Shown here: piece after piece, positions 20,386-29,936 of the stretch | How the letters are laid out: each line of letters starts with the position of its first letter | How positions within the stretch are numbered: the first letter of the stretch is position 1 | Source of the DNA: Lutibacter sp. | GTDB lineage: Bacteria; Bacteroidota; Bacteroidia; Flavobacteriales; Flavobacteriaceae | Direction: 5' to 3' | DNA length: 64,000 nucleotides | Assembly: GCF_013041805.1 (NCBI RefSeq) | Contig: NZ_JABDRI010000094.1 | Span: forward strand, 1 to 64,000 | Notes under the pieces: generated by a model | The model's input: only the letters and a program-made list of their open reading frames with translations | Told to the model about the DNA's origin: nothing | The model's database searches: none | Position numbers and translations under genes: made by a program

Positions 20386-20718
20386 ATGAAAAAATTTAAA
20401 GTTTTAGCACTAGCCTTATTCATTGGAACTGGAAGTTTATTTGCTGCAAATGGAGATAATTTTAAAGAGCCTAATAAAGAAATTAGAAGTCAAATTGTTT
20501 CTTTACTGAAGTCATCAGTAGAAAAAATTGATGATGAAATGAGTGTAAACATTACATTTACATTTAGTTCGGAAGGTGAAATAGTGGTTTTAAACTTGGA
20601 TACAAAAGATGCGGATGTATTAAACTACGTTAGAGAAAACTTAAATTATAAAAAAGTCGATAATCCTGGAGTTCCTAACAGAATATACTCTTTCCATTTA
20701 AAATGTAAAACGGTATAA
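20386..20718 (+). CDS. Small secreted protein of unknown function, 110 aa, paralog B
   Basis: Same length and architecture as 19867..20199, about 55-60% identical (VNITFTFSSEGEIVVLNL...DVLNYVRENLNYKKVDNPGVPNRIY). Confidence 0.5.
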   Translation: MKKFKVLALALFIGTGSLFAANGDNFKEPNKEIRSQIVSLLKSSVEKIDDEMSVNITFTFSSEGEIVVLNLDTKDADVLNYVRENLNYKKVDNPGVPNRIYSFHLKCKTV

Positions 20719-20733
20719 AATCAAGGCAAAAAT

Positions 20734-20768
20734 AAAAAAGCCCAAACATAGAAGTTTGGGCTTTTTTA
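20734..20768. terminator. Bidirectional rho-independent terminator between convergent genes
   Basis: aaaaaagcccaaac-atagaa-gtttgggctttttt, with A-run and T-run flanks. Confidence 0.7.
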
Positions 20769-21740
20769 TTAATCTTTTTTAAGATAAACATATACGGGAA
20801 AATGATCACTAAATCCACCTTGATACCATTTACCAATATAAGTTCTAAAAGGGTTTCCTTTATACTTTCCTTTCCATTCTTTTAAAAAATGTTTATCAAA
20901 AACTTCTGCATACTTAAAGGTGTGTTTGTGTTTTTCAATATTGAAAAAGTTTTTAGAAAATATAATTTGATCAAACAAATGCCACTTTTTTTTATGATTT
21001 AAGGTCCCGTTTCCGGTATGTATTAAACGTTCCATTGGATTATAAAAAGTATCATTTACAAGATGCTTTTTCACACTTACATTTGTGGGATTATCATTAA
21101 AATCACCCATAATTATAATTTTAGCACTTTCGTTCTCATCAGTTATTTTTTTTACAATAACAGAATTTAACTCGGCAGCTTTTATTCTTTTTTTCTCTGT
21201 TAGGTCCTCACCACTTCTGCGTGAGGGCCAATGATTTACTAGTACATAAATTAATTCGCCATTTAATTTCCCTTTTACCATTAGCACATCTCTTGTGTAA
21301 TCTCTCTCTCCATTATCACTCTCTAAAAACAACGGAAATGTTTCTGAATGTAATAATTCAAAAAGTTCTTTTTTGTATAATAATGCTACATCAATACCTC
21401 GTTCATCAGGAGAGTCGTAATGTACAATTCCATAATTATGACTTTTTACATTTTTAGAGTTTACTAAATCTTGCAATACATGTTGATTTTCTACTTCAAC
21501 AACACCAATAATTGCAGGAGGGTAAAGAGATCGAGCAGTTCCTAATTGAACAATCACATTTCCTAATTTCCTTATTTTATTTTTATAACGTTTAGTATTC
21601 CAATTTTTTTTTCCTTTTGGTGTAAAATCATCATCTAAGGTGTTTGGGTCATCTTTAGTATCAAACAAATTTTCAAGATTATAAAATGCAATAGTATAGG
21701 CTTGTTTATTTTTTCCGGGTAATTTAAAATATGAAAACAT
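20769..21740 (-). CDS. EEP-family protein, paralog of 9647..10687, with no obvious signal peptide
   Basis: AFYNLENLFDTKDDP, VNHWPSRRSGED, GDFNDNPTN, SDHFPVYVYL. The N-terminus MFSYFKLPGKNKQ is not hydrophobic. Confidence 0.65.
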   Translation of the reverse strand: MFSYFKLPGKNKQAYTIAFYNLENLFDTKDDPNTLDDDFTPKGKKNWNTKRYKNKIRKLGNVIVQLGTARSLYPPAIIGVVEVENQHVLQDLVNSKNVKSHNYGIVHYDSPDERGIDVALLYKKELFELLHSETFPLFLESDNGERDYTRDVLMVKGKLNGELIYVLVNHWPSRRSGEDLTEKKRIKAAELNSVIVKKITDENESAKIIIMGDFNDNPTNVSVKKHLVNDTFYNPMERLIHTGNGTLNHKKKWHLFDQIIFSKNFFNIEKHKHTFKYAEVFDKHFLKEWKGKYKGNPFRTYIGKWYQGGFSDHFPVYVYLKKD

Positions 21741-21863
21741 AGAATATGTTAAATTTATAAATGCTAAAGTATGGATTTAAAGCTTAAAACTATACGTGAT
21801 ATAAATCAGGTTCATTTAATTAATAATTTTCTAACTTTAAAGTTCGTTTTTCATTTTAAAAAA

Positions 21864-23903
21864 ATGCTAGAAAGGTTGTTCAAGAAAAGTTCTCTAAAGT
21901 ATATGTTGTTTTTTATTGCAATAGTTTCATTAAAAAATGTACATAGTCAAACTTTAAAGGATAGCTTACTTATAAAACTTAGGACAACTCAACAAGATTC
22001 TTTAAAAGTAAACTTATTACTGGATATAGGAGAAGAGTATTATTATACCTATCAAGATTCTTCCAAATATTATTATTTAAAGGCTCTAGATTTAGCTAGA
22101 AAAATTAAAAACAAAAAATTAGAAGCAGAAAGTTTATTAAGTGTTGGTTATTATTATGATACACAGGAAATAGTCAAAGAAGCAATAGCATACTATTCTA
22201 AAGCTATAGATCTTTTTAAATCTATAAATGATGAACAAGGATTGGCTAGATGTTATAACTATATTGGATATAGTTTCTCTTATTTAAATTCATTGGATAA
22301 ATCAATAGAATTTTACTATAAATCATTAGATATATTTAAAAAATTGAATGATAGTATAGGATTGGCTGCAGTGTATAGAAGTTTTGGTAATTTGTATTAT
22401 GATCAGCAAAATTATACAAAATCAAAAGAGTACTTTTTAAAATCTTACGAAATACATGAAAAGCAAAATAATAAAACGGGATTACTAGACACATATATCA
22501 ATTTAGGAAATGCTTATTCAGATGATGGAAATATAGAAAAAGGATTATTTTATTATTTGGAATCTGTAAAATTAAGTAATAACATAAAAGATTATCAGGC
22601 CTTAGCCATTAATTACAATAATATTGCAGATTGTTATCTTGTGAAGGAAGACTACAAAACTGCTCAAAAATATTTTAATAAGTCTTTAGATTTAGTTAAT
22701 AAATATAATTTTAAAACTCTAAGATCCTTATTGTTTGCAAATTTATCATATACATACTTGCAAGTTGAAGATTATCACAAAGCAATAGCATTTGCAAATA
22801 AAAGTTTAGAATATAATAAAATCACAGACTGGATTAATATGAATTATAATAACCACTTATATTTAAGTGAAGCCTATGAAAAATTGGGTGATTATAAAAA
22901 AGCACTGGAAAATCATAAAATTTTTCAAAAATATTCTGACAGTATATTTGATGTAAAAAACTACGAACAAGTTGCAAAATCGGAAACATTATATGAGCTA
23001 AAAAATCAAGAGGCCAAAATTGATGACTTATTGAAAAAAGATGATTTAAGAAAAAGTGAGTTAAGAAATCAAAAAATTGTAAATTATGTTCTAGTATTTT
23101 TTATTCTAGGATTTTTATTATTTATTTTCATTTTGAATTCCCTAAGAAGAGCAAAAAATAAAGCAAATATATTATTAGAAATAGAAAAAGAGAAGGCACA
23201 GGAAAGTGATCGTTTAAAATCCTCTTTTTTAGCAAATATGAGTCATGAAATTCGAACTCCAATGAGTGCTATTTTAGGTTTTTCATCACTGTTAAAAGAC
23301 AATGATTTAAACGAGGAAAAAAGAGATCATTTTATAGAAATAATCAGCAAATCTGGAGAAAGATTAATGGCTATTATTAATGATATTATTGATATTTCTA
23401 AAATTGAATCAAATCAAATAAAGGTTGATTTAGAGAATGTAAATGTCTCAAAGGCATTAAATGATATTATTGAAATTCAGAAGGAAACAAATGATCTTCT
23501 AGCTAAAAATAAGATTGAGTTAAAATTAAAATTACCAACAAATTCTCGAACTATTTTTATTAAAACTGATGAGAATAGATTTACTCAAATCTTTAATAAT
23601 TTAATTAGTAACGCTTCAAAATTCACAGAAAATGGTTCGATAGAAATTGGATTTGAATTAAAGAATAATTCAGAAAACCAATGTGTGCAATTTTATGTAA
23701 AAGATACGGGTTGCGGAGTTCCTCAGTCCAAATTTGAAGATATTTTTAATCGTTTTTCACAAGCTGGCGATAAGGATTTTAAAACTGGAAATGGATTGGG
23801 ATTAAGTATTTGCAAAGGATTGCTCAACAATTTAGGTGGTACTATTTGGCTAGAGTCTGAAGTTGGAGAGGGAACAACCTTTTATTTTACATTACCTTAC
23901 TAA
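21864..23903 (+). CDS. TPR-repeat sensor histidine kinase with one TM segment and HisKA plus HATPase_c domains. I chose the start at Met-32 of the listed ORF; 21771 is the alternative.
   Basis: From 21864 the N-terminus MLERLFKKSSLKYMLFFIAIVSL looks like a signal peptide or TM. Multiple TPR-like repeats, a TM segment (IVNYVLVFFILGFLLFIF), H-box ANMSHEIRTPM, and G-boxes GNGLGLS and GEGTTF. The 21771 start would leave only 30 bp to the divergent EEP gene. Confidence 0.7.
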   Translation: MLERLFKKSSLKYMLFFIAIVSLKNVHSQTLKDSLLIKLRTTQQDSLKVNLLLDIGEEYYYTYQDSSKYYYLKALDLARKIKNKKLEAESLLSVGYYYDTQEIVKEAIAYYSKAIDLFKSINDEQGLARCYNYIGYSFSYLNSLDKSIEFYYKSLDIFKKLNDSIGLAAVYRSFGNLYYDQQNYTKSKEYFLKSYEIHEKQNNKTGLLDTYINLGNAYSDDGNIEKGLFYYLESVKLSNNIKDYQALAINYNNIADCYLVKEDYKTAQKYFNKSLDLVNKYNFKTLRSLLFANLSYTYLQVEDYHKAIAFANKSLEYNKITDWINMNYNNHLYLSEAYEKLGDYKKALENHKIFQKYSDSIFDVKNYEQVAKSETLYELKNQEAKIDDLLKKDDLRKSELRNQKIVNYVLVFFILGFLLFIFILNSLRRAKNKANILLEIEKEKAQESDRLKSSFLANMSHEIRTPMSAILGFSSLLKDNDLNEEKRDHFIEIISKSGERLMAIINDIIDISKIESNQIKVDLENVNVSKALNDIIEIQKETNDLLAKNKIELKLKLPTNSRTIFIKTDENRFTQIFNNLISNASKFTENGSIEIGFELKNNSENQCVQFYVKDTGCGVPQSKFEDIFNRFSQAGDKDFKTGNGLGLSICKGLLNNLGGTIWLESEVGEGTTFYFTLPY

Positions 23904-23952
23904 AATAAAATCATTTCTTATTTACAAGGAAACTAATTTGTAAATTTGCAAT

Positions 23953-25164
23953 ATGATCGAAGAAAAAAAAGTGACATCTGAAAAAGCTGTTTTAATCGGT
24001 GTTGTTACTCAGCATCAAGATGAGGAGCAATCAAATGAATATTTAGATGAATTAGAGTTTTTAACTTTAACTGCTGGAGGAGAAGCTGTAAAAAGGTTTA
24101 CCCAAAAGCTAGAAATGCCACATCCTAAAACTTTTATTGGTACGGGGAAGCTAGAAGAAGTTAGAAATTATATGCGAGATCATCATATTGAAACTGCTAT
24201 TTTTGATGATGAACTATCTTCTTCACAATTACGAAATATTGAGAAAGTATTAGATTGTAAAGTTCTTGATAGAACAAATTTGATTTTAGATATTTTTGCT
24301 AGAAGAGCTCAAACTAGTTATGCGCGTACACAAGTAGAATTAGCGCAGTGCCAATATTTATTACCTAGATTAACACGTTTATGGACTCACTTGGAACGCC
24401 AAAAAGGTGGAATTGGAATGCGTGGACCTGGTGAAACAGAGATTGAAACAGACAGACGTATTATTCGCGATAAAATTACCTTACTTAAAAAGAAACTTAA
24501 GATAATTGACAAGCAAATGGCTGTGCAGCGTAAAAATAGAGGAAAGATGGTACGAGTGGCGTTAGTTGGCTATACAAATGTTGGAAAATCAACGTTAATG
24601 AATGTTGTTAGTAAAAGTGATGTTTTTGCTGAAAACAAATTATTTGCAACATTAGACACTACCGTAAGAAAAGTAGTTATCAAAAATATTCCTTTTTTAT
24701 TAACTGATACCGTTGGTTTTATTAGAAAATTACCAACACAATTAGTTGAGTCATTTAAATCTACGTTGGATGAGGTTCGTGAAGCTGATTTGTTGTTGCA
24801 TATTGTTGATATTTCACATCCAAACTTTGAAGATCACATTGCTTCAGTGAATAAAATTTTAGATGAAATTAAGAGTATGGATAAACCAACTATTATGGTT
24901 TTTAATAAAATTGACGCCTATCAACATCAAACTATTGATAAGGATGATTTAACTACTGAAAAAACAAAAGACCATTACACGTTATCAGAATGGAAAAAAA
25001 CTTGGATGAATAAACTTGATAATAACTGTTTGTTTATTTCAGCATTACATAAAGAAAATTTAGAAGAGTTTAGAGCTAAAGTTTTTGAAGAAGTAAAGAA
25101 AATTCATATTACACGTTTTCCTTATAACGACTTTTTGTATGAAGAATACACCGAAGAAAAATAA
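23953..25164 (+). CDS. hflX: GTPase HflX
   Basis: HflX N-terminal domain followed by a G-domain with GYTNVGKSTLMN (G1), DTVGF (G3) and NKID (G4). Confidence 0.85.
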   Translation: MIEEKKVTSEKAVLIGVVTQHQDEEQSNEYLDELEFLTLTAGGEAVKRFTQKLEMPHPKTFIGTGKLEEVRNYMRDHHIETAIFDDELSSSQLRNIEKVLDCKVLDRTNLILDIFARRAQTSYARTQVELAQCQYLLPRLTRLWTHLERQKGGIGMRGPGETEIETDRRIIRDKITLLKKKLKIIDKQMAVQRKNRGKMVRVALVGYTNVGKSTLMNVVSKSDVFAENKLFATLDTTVRKVVIKNIPFLLTDTVGFIRKLPTQLVESFKSTLDEVREADLLLHIVDISHPNFEDHIASVNKILDEIKSMDKPTIMVFNKIDAYQHQTIDKDDLTTEKTKDHYTLSEWKKTWMNKLDNNCLFISALHKENLEEFRAKVFEEVKKIHITRFPYNDFLYEEYTEEK

Positions 25165-25167
25165 CTA

Positions 25168-25881
25168 TTACGATAAAAAGTTTTTTTCAATAAATTGGTG
25201 AAACTTTTCTTTGTACTGATCACTTACGGGAATATAAACCTTATCAAAAACAATTCTATTACGTTCAATAGTAGAAATTTTATTTAAGTTTACAATATAA
25301 GAACGGTGTACACGCATAAATGAATTGTTTTCTAATTGTTTGTCCATTGCTTTCATACTTAACAGCGTCATAATTGGTTTTTCATTTGCTAAGTGAATAC
25401 GTATATACTCTCGCATTCCTTCAATATATTTAATTTCAGATATTTTAACGCGTATAATTTTATATTCTGATTTAATAAATAAAAAATCATCGTTTCCCTT
25501 TAATTCTTCACTTGAATTATTTTGTAATGTAAACCATTCTTGTGCTTTAGTTGCTGCTTTTAAAAAGGTTGCATAATCTATTGGCTTTAATAAATAGTCT
25601 AATGCATCAACACGAAAACCTTCTAAAGCATATTCACTGTAGGCAGTTGTAAAAATAATTTTAGGGGCATTGCTTAAAGATTTTACAAAATCTATTCCGT
25701 TTAAATCGGGCATATTTATATCAACAAATAGTAAGTCAACCTCATTCTCTTGCACATATGAAATGGCTTCTAAAGGGCTTTCAAAACCTTGTAAAAGTTC
25801 TAAAAAAGGTGTTTTATGCACATAATTAGAAATTTGTTTTAATGCTAAAGGCTCGTCATCTATGGCAATACATTTAATCAT
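25168..25881 (-). CDS. LytTR-family two-component response regulator
   Basis: Receiver domain (IAIDDEPLAL...DLLFVDINMPDLNGIDF) plus a C-terminal LytTR DNA-binding domain (IRVKISEIKYIEG...FMRVHRSYIVNLNKI). A 4-bp overlap with the upstream kinase gene implies translational coupling. Confidence 0.85.
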   Translation of the reverse strand: MIKCIAIDDEPLALKQISNYVHKTPFLELLQGFESPLEAISYVQENEVDLLFVDINMPDLNGIDFVKSLSNAPKIIFTTAYSEYALEGFRVDALDYLLKPIDYATFLKAATKAQEWFTLQNNSSEELKGNDDFLFIKSEYKIIRVKISEIKYIEGMREYIRIHLANEKPIMTLLSMKAMDKQLENNSFMRVHRSYIVNLNKISTIERNRIVFDKVYIPVSDQYKEKFHQFIEKNFLS

Positions 25882-26984
25882 AGCGGAATACTTAAATTTA
25901 CTTTATAAATTTCTTTATTTTCTGAAATAGTAAAATCAAAATTATTAAATAATAAAGCGATTCTTTTTTTAGTGTTCTCAATTCCTATACCTGAATTTTC
26001 ATCTGTAATTTTTGAATGGTTACTGTTTTCAATCTCAAAATGAAGTTTATTTTGAGAAAACCTCATTATAATAGTTATAAAAGAATCTTTATTATAACTT
26101 ATACCATGTTTAAATGCATTTTCTAACAATGAAGTAAATAGTAATGGTGGAATAAATTTTTCAGGAATTTCTGAAGGAATTTGAACAGATATTTTTACTT
26201 TATTTGAAAAACGAAGTTTCATTAACTCCACATAGCTGTTAATAAATTCAACTTCCTTTTTTATAGGAGTCATTTTTTCTTCCGAATCGTAAAGCAAATG
26301 ACGCATTAAATTAGATAGTTTTATAATAGCTTGTTTAGCTTCTTCTGAATCAATATCAACCAATGCGTGAATATTGTTCAATGTATTCATAAAAAAGTGT
26401 GGACTTACCTGGTTTTTTAGAATAGCTAACTGATTTTCTATATTTTCAGTTTGAAGTTTCATTTTTTCCTGATCTAAACTTGCCCATCTCATTGAAACCT
26501 GTAAACCTGCATCAAAACCGACCAATAAAATAGCTAGAATTAAAAAGTTAGCAAATGGTGGAATAGAATCTGGTTTGTTTTGCCTTGGCAGCATTCGAGG
26601 TCTTTCGTTCATCGAAAATTCAGAAGGAGTTTGTTGTGTACCATCCATAGCACTTCTTGCAGGTGGTGGAGGCGTCCTATTTTGTTGATTGTTATTTGTA
26701 GTATGAAAGAAAAATAAACCTAAAGTAATTGCTCCAATTAAAAGTGTGGTACTTATAAAATAGGTTACTCTTTTCCCTTTAAAGAATAATTTTGGAAGTA
26801 GAATATATCTATTTATTAAAAAGACAACAAGTAAAGGCACATAATTTAACCAAACCATAAAAATATGATCCCAGTCAATTTCGTCTTCAAATCTTCCAAA
26901 TAATAACGGAGATGCAAATAATAATGCCCAAAAAGCAGTAATTATTAAAGGTTGAAAGCGGTCAAAATTACTTGTTGTTTTCAT
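25878..26984 (-). CDS. LytS/YehU-type sensor histidine kinase (His_kinase / HATPase)
   Basis: N-terminal TM helices, the LytS-family H-box region SPHFFMNTLNNIHALV, and a C-terminal ATPase segment. Confidence 0.8.
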   Translation of the reverse strand: MKTTSNFDRFQPLIITAFWALLFASPLLFGRFEDEIDWDHIFMVWLNYVPLLVVFLINRYILLPKLFFKGKRVTYFISTTLLIGAITLGLFFFHTTNNNQQNRTPPPPARSAMDGTQQTPSEFSMNERPRMLPRQNKPDSIPPFANFLILAILLVGFDAGLQVSMRWASLDQEKMKLQTENIENQLAILKNQVSPHFFMNTLNNIHALVDIDSEEAKQAIIKLSNLMRHLLYDSEEKMTPIKKEVEFINSYVELMKLRFSNKVKISVQIPSEIPEKFIPPLLFTSLLENAFKHGISYNKDSFITIIMRFSQNKLHFEIENSNHSKITDENSGIGIENTKKRIALLFNNFDFTISENKEIYKVNLSIPL

Positions 26985-27072
26985 TAATGCTTTTCAATTA
27001 TGGTTTTAAATAATTGATAAAATTTGTCCGTGCAACTATATTAGAAGCACGAACAAATATACCAAACTTAAA

Positions 27073-28491
27073 CTAATTCAAATAGTTATTAACTGCTGTA
27101 CTTCGACTTGAAGCATGTGATTTTAAAGTTGTAATTGCGGAGTAAAATGAACTACTGCTATTTAGAAATGTGAAACCTGAAACTTCTGTTGTTGCATAAG
27201 GCTCAACCAAAGCAGCATATGTGTCATAAACTCCTTGAATATAAGATGTTTCAAATGGGCCATCTATAGTAGCTTGTACATATTCATTGTATTTAGCTTT
27301 GTAAACGTCATCTTCATATAAATATTCAATTAATGGCCAATCTCCTGATAGATCTGAAAAATTTAAATTTAAAGAGCCACCCATTTTTCCATCTTGAAGT
27401 GCTTCATTATTATCCCAAGGGATCCACGTAAGTAAACTGTTGTCTGGATTATTGTATAAATAATAATTGTGTTCCATAACTCCATACGTATCCCAATTTT
27501 GAATAATTGTATTTACAGCCAAATAATTCAAGAAAACATCAGTATCAAAAACGGCATCTAAACCAGCTCTCCATGTTTCAGGGTCTGTTATTCTTGTATC
27601 ACTGTGTAAAGCTGTGAAAACGGATTCAATATCTGACCAATCTGCTTCGTCTTCATTTGTTTTCTTTTCAAAACCGTCTTCATTAAAAGTGCCTTCTGCA
27701 AAGCTTGACCCGTAATCTTCAGGCTTGTATAAATTACCATCATCACTTGAAAATTGTGTATCTAATACTGTTCCATCAACTTCTTCAACCAAAGTGTACA
27801 ATCCGAAATATTGAGGTCCATCACCATAATCAACATATAATGTGTAAAATGACGTATTTGAAACAGCCAATCCTGCATTTTGGAAAACTTCTGCAGCTAC
27901 TTTTTCTCTTAAAAATGAGCTGTCATCATAGTTGTTCTTTAAACTAAATTTTTTGAAACCATAAAAACGTTGGTTGTCAATTTGCGGATAATCATCTTCA
28001 AATTCATCAAAATCCATTTTAAATGAAAGTTTTAAAATACCTGATCCCCAAGCACTTGCCAAACTAGAGTTCCCTTTAAATCGTAAACCTACTTTATACC
28101 ATTCAATTCCTTTGTAAAAAACAGATGCAGGGACAAAAATAGGATCCTCATCATCAGAATTAAAAGAACCACTTGAACGTCCAAATGTTCCGTATAAGTC
28201 AGTCATATCGGCTAACATAGCTGCCCAATTGTTTTCTGATATTACAAAATCCAATCGTTTTACAGCTGTATCGTCAAATACTTCTGTGAAATTTGGGTCT
28301 GCATCTTTACTGTGAGTTTCAGTTGTCCAATCTGTAGCTACAAAATCTGAATCTATAACTTCTACATCTGTATCTGTATTTACAACTTCTGTTTCTGAAA
28401 TTGAATCATCATCTGAGCAGCTTATAAATAAGTAACCTACTAGAAAAAGCATACTTACAATTGTTGAGATTTTTAAAATTGATGTTTTCAT
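27073..28491 (-). CDS. CotH-family (atypical kinase) lipoprotein
   Basis: Lipobox LFISCSDD, and the CotH-like signature block EHNYYLYNNPDNSLLTWIPWDNNEAL. This call comes from motif memory and is not searched. Confidence 0.55.
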   Translation of the reverse strand: MKTSILKISTIVSMLFLVGYLFISCSDDDSISETEVVNTDTDVEVIDSDFVATDWTTETHSKDADPNFTEVFDDTAVKRLDFVISENNWAAMLADMTDLYGTFGRSSGSFNSDDEDPIFVPASVFYKGIEWYKVGLRFKGNSSLASAWGSGILKLSFKMDFDEFEDDYPQIDNQRFYGFKKFSLKNNYDDSSFLREKVAAEVFQNAGLAVSNTSFYTLYVDYGDGPQYFGLYTLVEEVDGTVLDTQFSSDDGNLYKPEDYGSSFAEGTFNEDGFEKKTNEDEADWSDIESVFTALHSDTRITDPETWRAGLDAVFDTDVFLNYLAVNTIIQNWDTYGVMEHNYYLYNNPDNSLLTWIPWDNNEALQDGKMGGSLNLNFSDLSGDWPLIEYLYEDDVYKAKYNEYVQATIDGPFETSYIQGVYDTYAALVEPYATTEVSGFTFLNSSSSFYSAITTLKSHASSRSTAVNNYLN

Positions 28492-28551
28492 TTTTTATTG
28501 TTTTTTTATTTGAGACGAAGCTCCATATTTTTGATAGTTTTTGAAATAAAA

Positions 28552-28590
28552 ATCAACGAATTAGTGATTTTTATCAACGAATAATGATTT
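28552..28590. promoter_or_regulatory. Tandem 21-bp direct repeat upstream of the CotH-like gene
   Basis: atcaacgaattagtgattt and atcaacgaataatgattt; the ATCAA cores at 28552 and 28573 are exactly 21 bp apart. The repeat lies 61-99 bp upstream of the ATG at 28491. Confidence 0.45.
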
Positions 28591-29296
28591 ATTTATTATG
28601 AATAGTATACGTATATTTTAAACCAATTATATTCGTTGTTTTTGGAATACTTTTGTTAAGCTCTTTTTCTATCCGATAAAACAAACTTATTTTACCTAAT
28701 TTTTTAAATTTGTAATCGGTTCCTAAAGTCAAACGATATTTATCAAATCCATTTTTTTCTCCTTCTTCAAAATGATTAAAAATTTCAGCAGAAAATTCAG
28801 GGTCTAATTTCCAATTTTTAAAGTTGTAGTCAATTGCAGTTTTAAAACGAATATGCTGATTGGCATAATCTCCTTCAGAATTACTTACTCCTAATTCATT
28901 TTTATTTTGATAACGAAACCTATATTTAAGTGTGAAATCGTTGATTTTATGTTTGTATGATGCATCTGCATTAAATCTAAAATGATTTTCGTATCCTTGA
29001 ATATTTCCTTCAGTATCATTTTCTTTAATATATCTTATTCCAGCCCCAAGTGTAAATTTTTTAGAAACTGAATATTCGGCATTAAGTTGTGTAAAATATT
29101 TATCTATTGTAGAAATATCTTCTTTTAAACGAAGCTGCTCTTCAATACCAAAATTCCACTTTTTATTTAATTTATATTCCAATGCAATGGTTGTCCAATT
29201 GGCCAAATCACTATTTTGAGAATATCCAAAATTTGTAATTATTACAATTAAAAGGATTGAAAGTAAAACTGTTGAATTATTTATTTTAGTTGCCAT
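28589..29296 (-). CDS. Small outer-membrane beta-barrel protein, DUF2490-like
   Basis: Signal peptide, then an alternating aromatic/hydrophilic beta-strand pattern; about 235 aa. It sits within the CotH/DUF4956/VTC neighbourhood. Confidence 0.45.
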   Translation of the reverse strand: MATKINNSTVLLSILLIVIITNFGYSQNSDLANWTTIALEYKLNKKWNFGIEEQLRLKEDISTIDKYFTQLNAEYSVSKKFTLGAGIRYIKENDTEGNIQGYENHFRFNADASYKHKINDFTLKYRFRYQNKNELGVSNSEGDYANQHIRFKTAIDYNFKNWKLDPEFSAEIFNHFEEGEKNGFDKYRLTLGTDYKFKKLGKISLFYRIEKELNKSIPKTTNIIGLKYTYTIHNK

Positions 29297-29322
29297 TTAT
29301 TGATGTGTTTTGGAGGTTAATT

Positions 29323-29925
29323 TTATTTTCCTTTGAAATAGAAAATGGTAACTTTAGCGATATCTCGTAAGAAATCTATATCACCAATTGTAATATTATT
29401 AATTTCTAAACCGGTTCTGTTTTCTAAATCACTTTTAAGTATTTCGTAATTTTCAGGCTTTATGTTTTCAATGTTTTCATAAACAATAGATTTTGATTCT
29501 TCTTGTTTTAAAGCCCAATACCTTTCAATAAGTACAAGAATGATAATGATAATTGTATTGGCTCCTAAAATTTCAGCATAACTCATTTTTTTATTGGCCA
29601 AAGAATTAATTACTGACACACCAATAACCACAAATAAATAGGTCATTTCTTTTATAGGAATAGCATCTGTTCGGTATCGAATAATTCCAAAAATGGCAAA
29701 TAATCCAAGAGCCATCCCAATATCTAGTTCATACTTTTTTAATGTAAAACATAGAAAAAATACAATAACGCTGATTAAATAATAAGTAAACACGTAATCT
29801 TTACGTTTAGAATATGGATAATAAACGAAACGTATTATAAAAGTTAAAAATATAAAATTGATAAAAAATCTAAAAATCATTTTTAAAAAATCATCGTCAA
29901 AAAGAGGTATGTCTAAAAATTCCAT
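29323..29925 (-). CDS. Polytopic membrane protein, DUF4956-like
   Basis: Four to five TM helices and about 200 aa. Its position between the VTC-like and CotH-like genes matches the neighbourhood I remember for this family. Confidence 0.45.
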   Translation of the reverse strand: MEFLDIPLFDDDFLKMIFRFFINFIFLTFIIRFVYYPYSKRKDYVFTYYLISVIVFFLCFTLKKYELDIGMALGLFAIFGIIRYRTDAIPIKEMTYLFVVIGVSVINSLANKKMSYAEILGANTIIIIILVLIERYWALKQEESKSIVYENIENIKPENYEILKSDLENRTGLEINNITIGDIDFLRDIAKVTIFYFKGK

Positions 29926-29936
29926 TTGTAAAGGTA

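Noticed and set aside
9647-21740. Whether the segment bounded by the two same-orientation EEP paralogs is a mobile or duplicated island
   Set aside because: It has no integrase, transposase or tRNA. The paralogs are only moderately similar, about 50% at the protein level, and I saw no flanking direct repeats. I treat it as an old gene duplication, not a mobile element.
21771-21863. The longer N-terminal extension of the TPR histidine kinase, starting at 21771
   Set aside because: It would put the start 30 bp from the divergent EEP gene start. The extension (MDLKLKTIRDINQVHLINNFLTLKFVFHFKK) is not signal-like, whereas the Met at 21864 begins a typical hydrophobic N-terminus. I kept 21771 as a possible alternative only.
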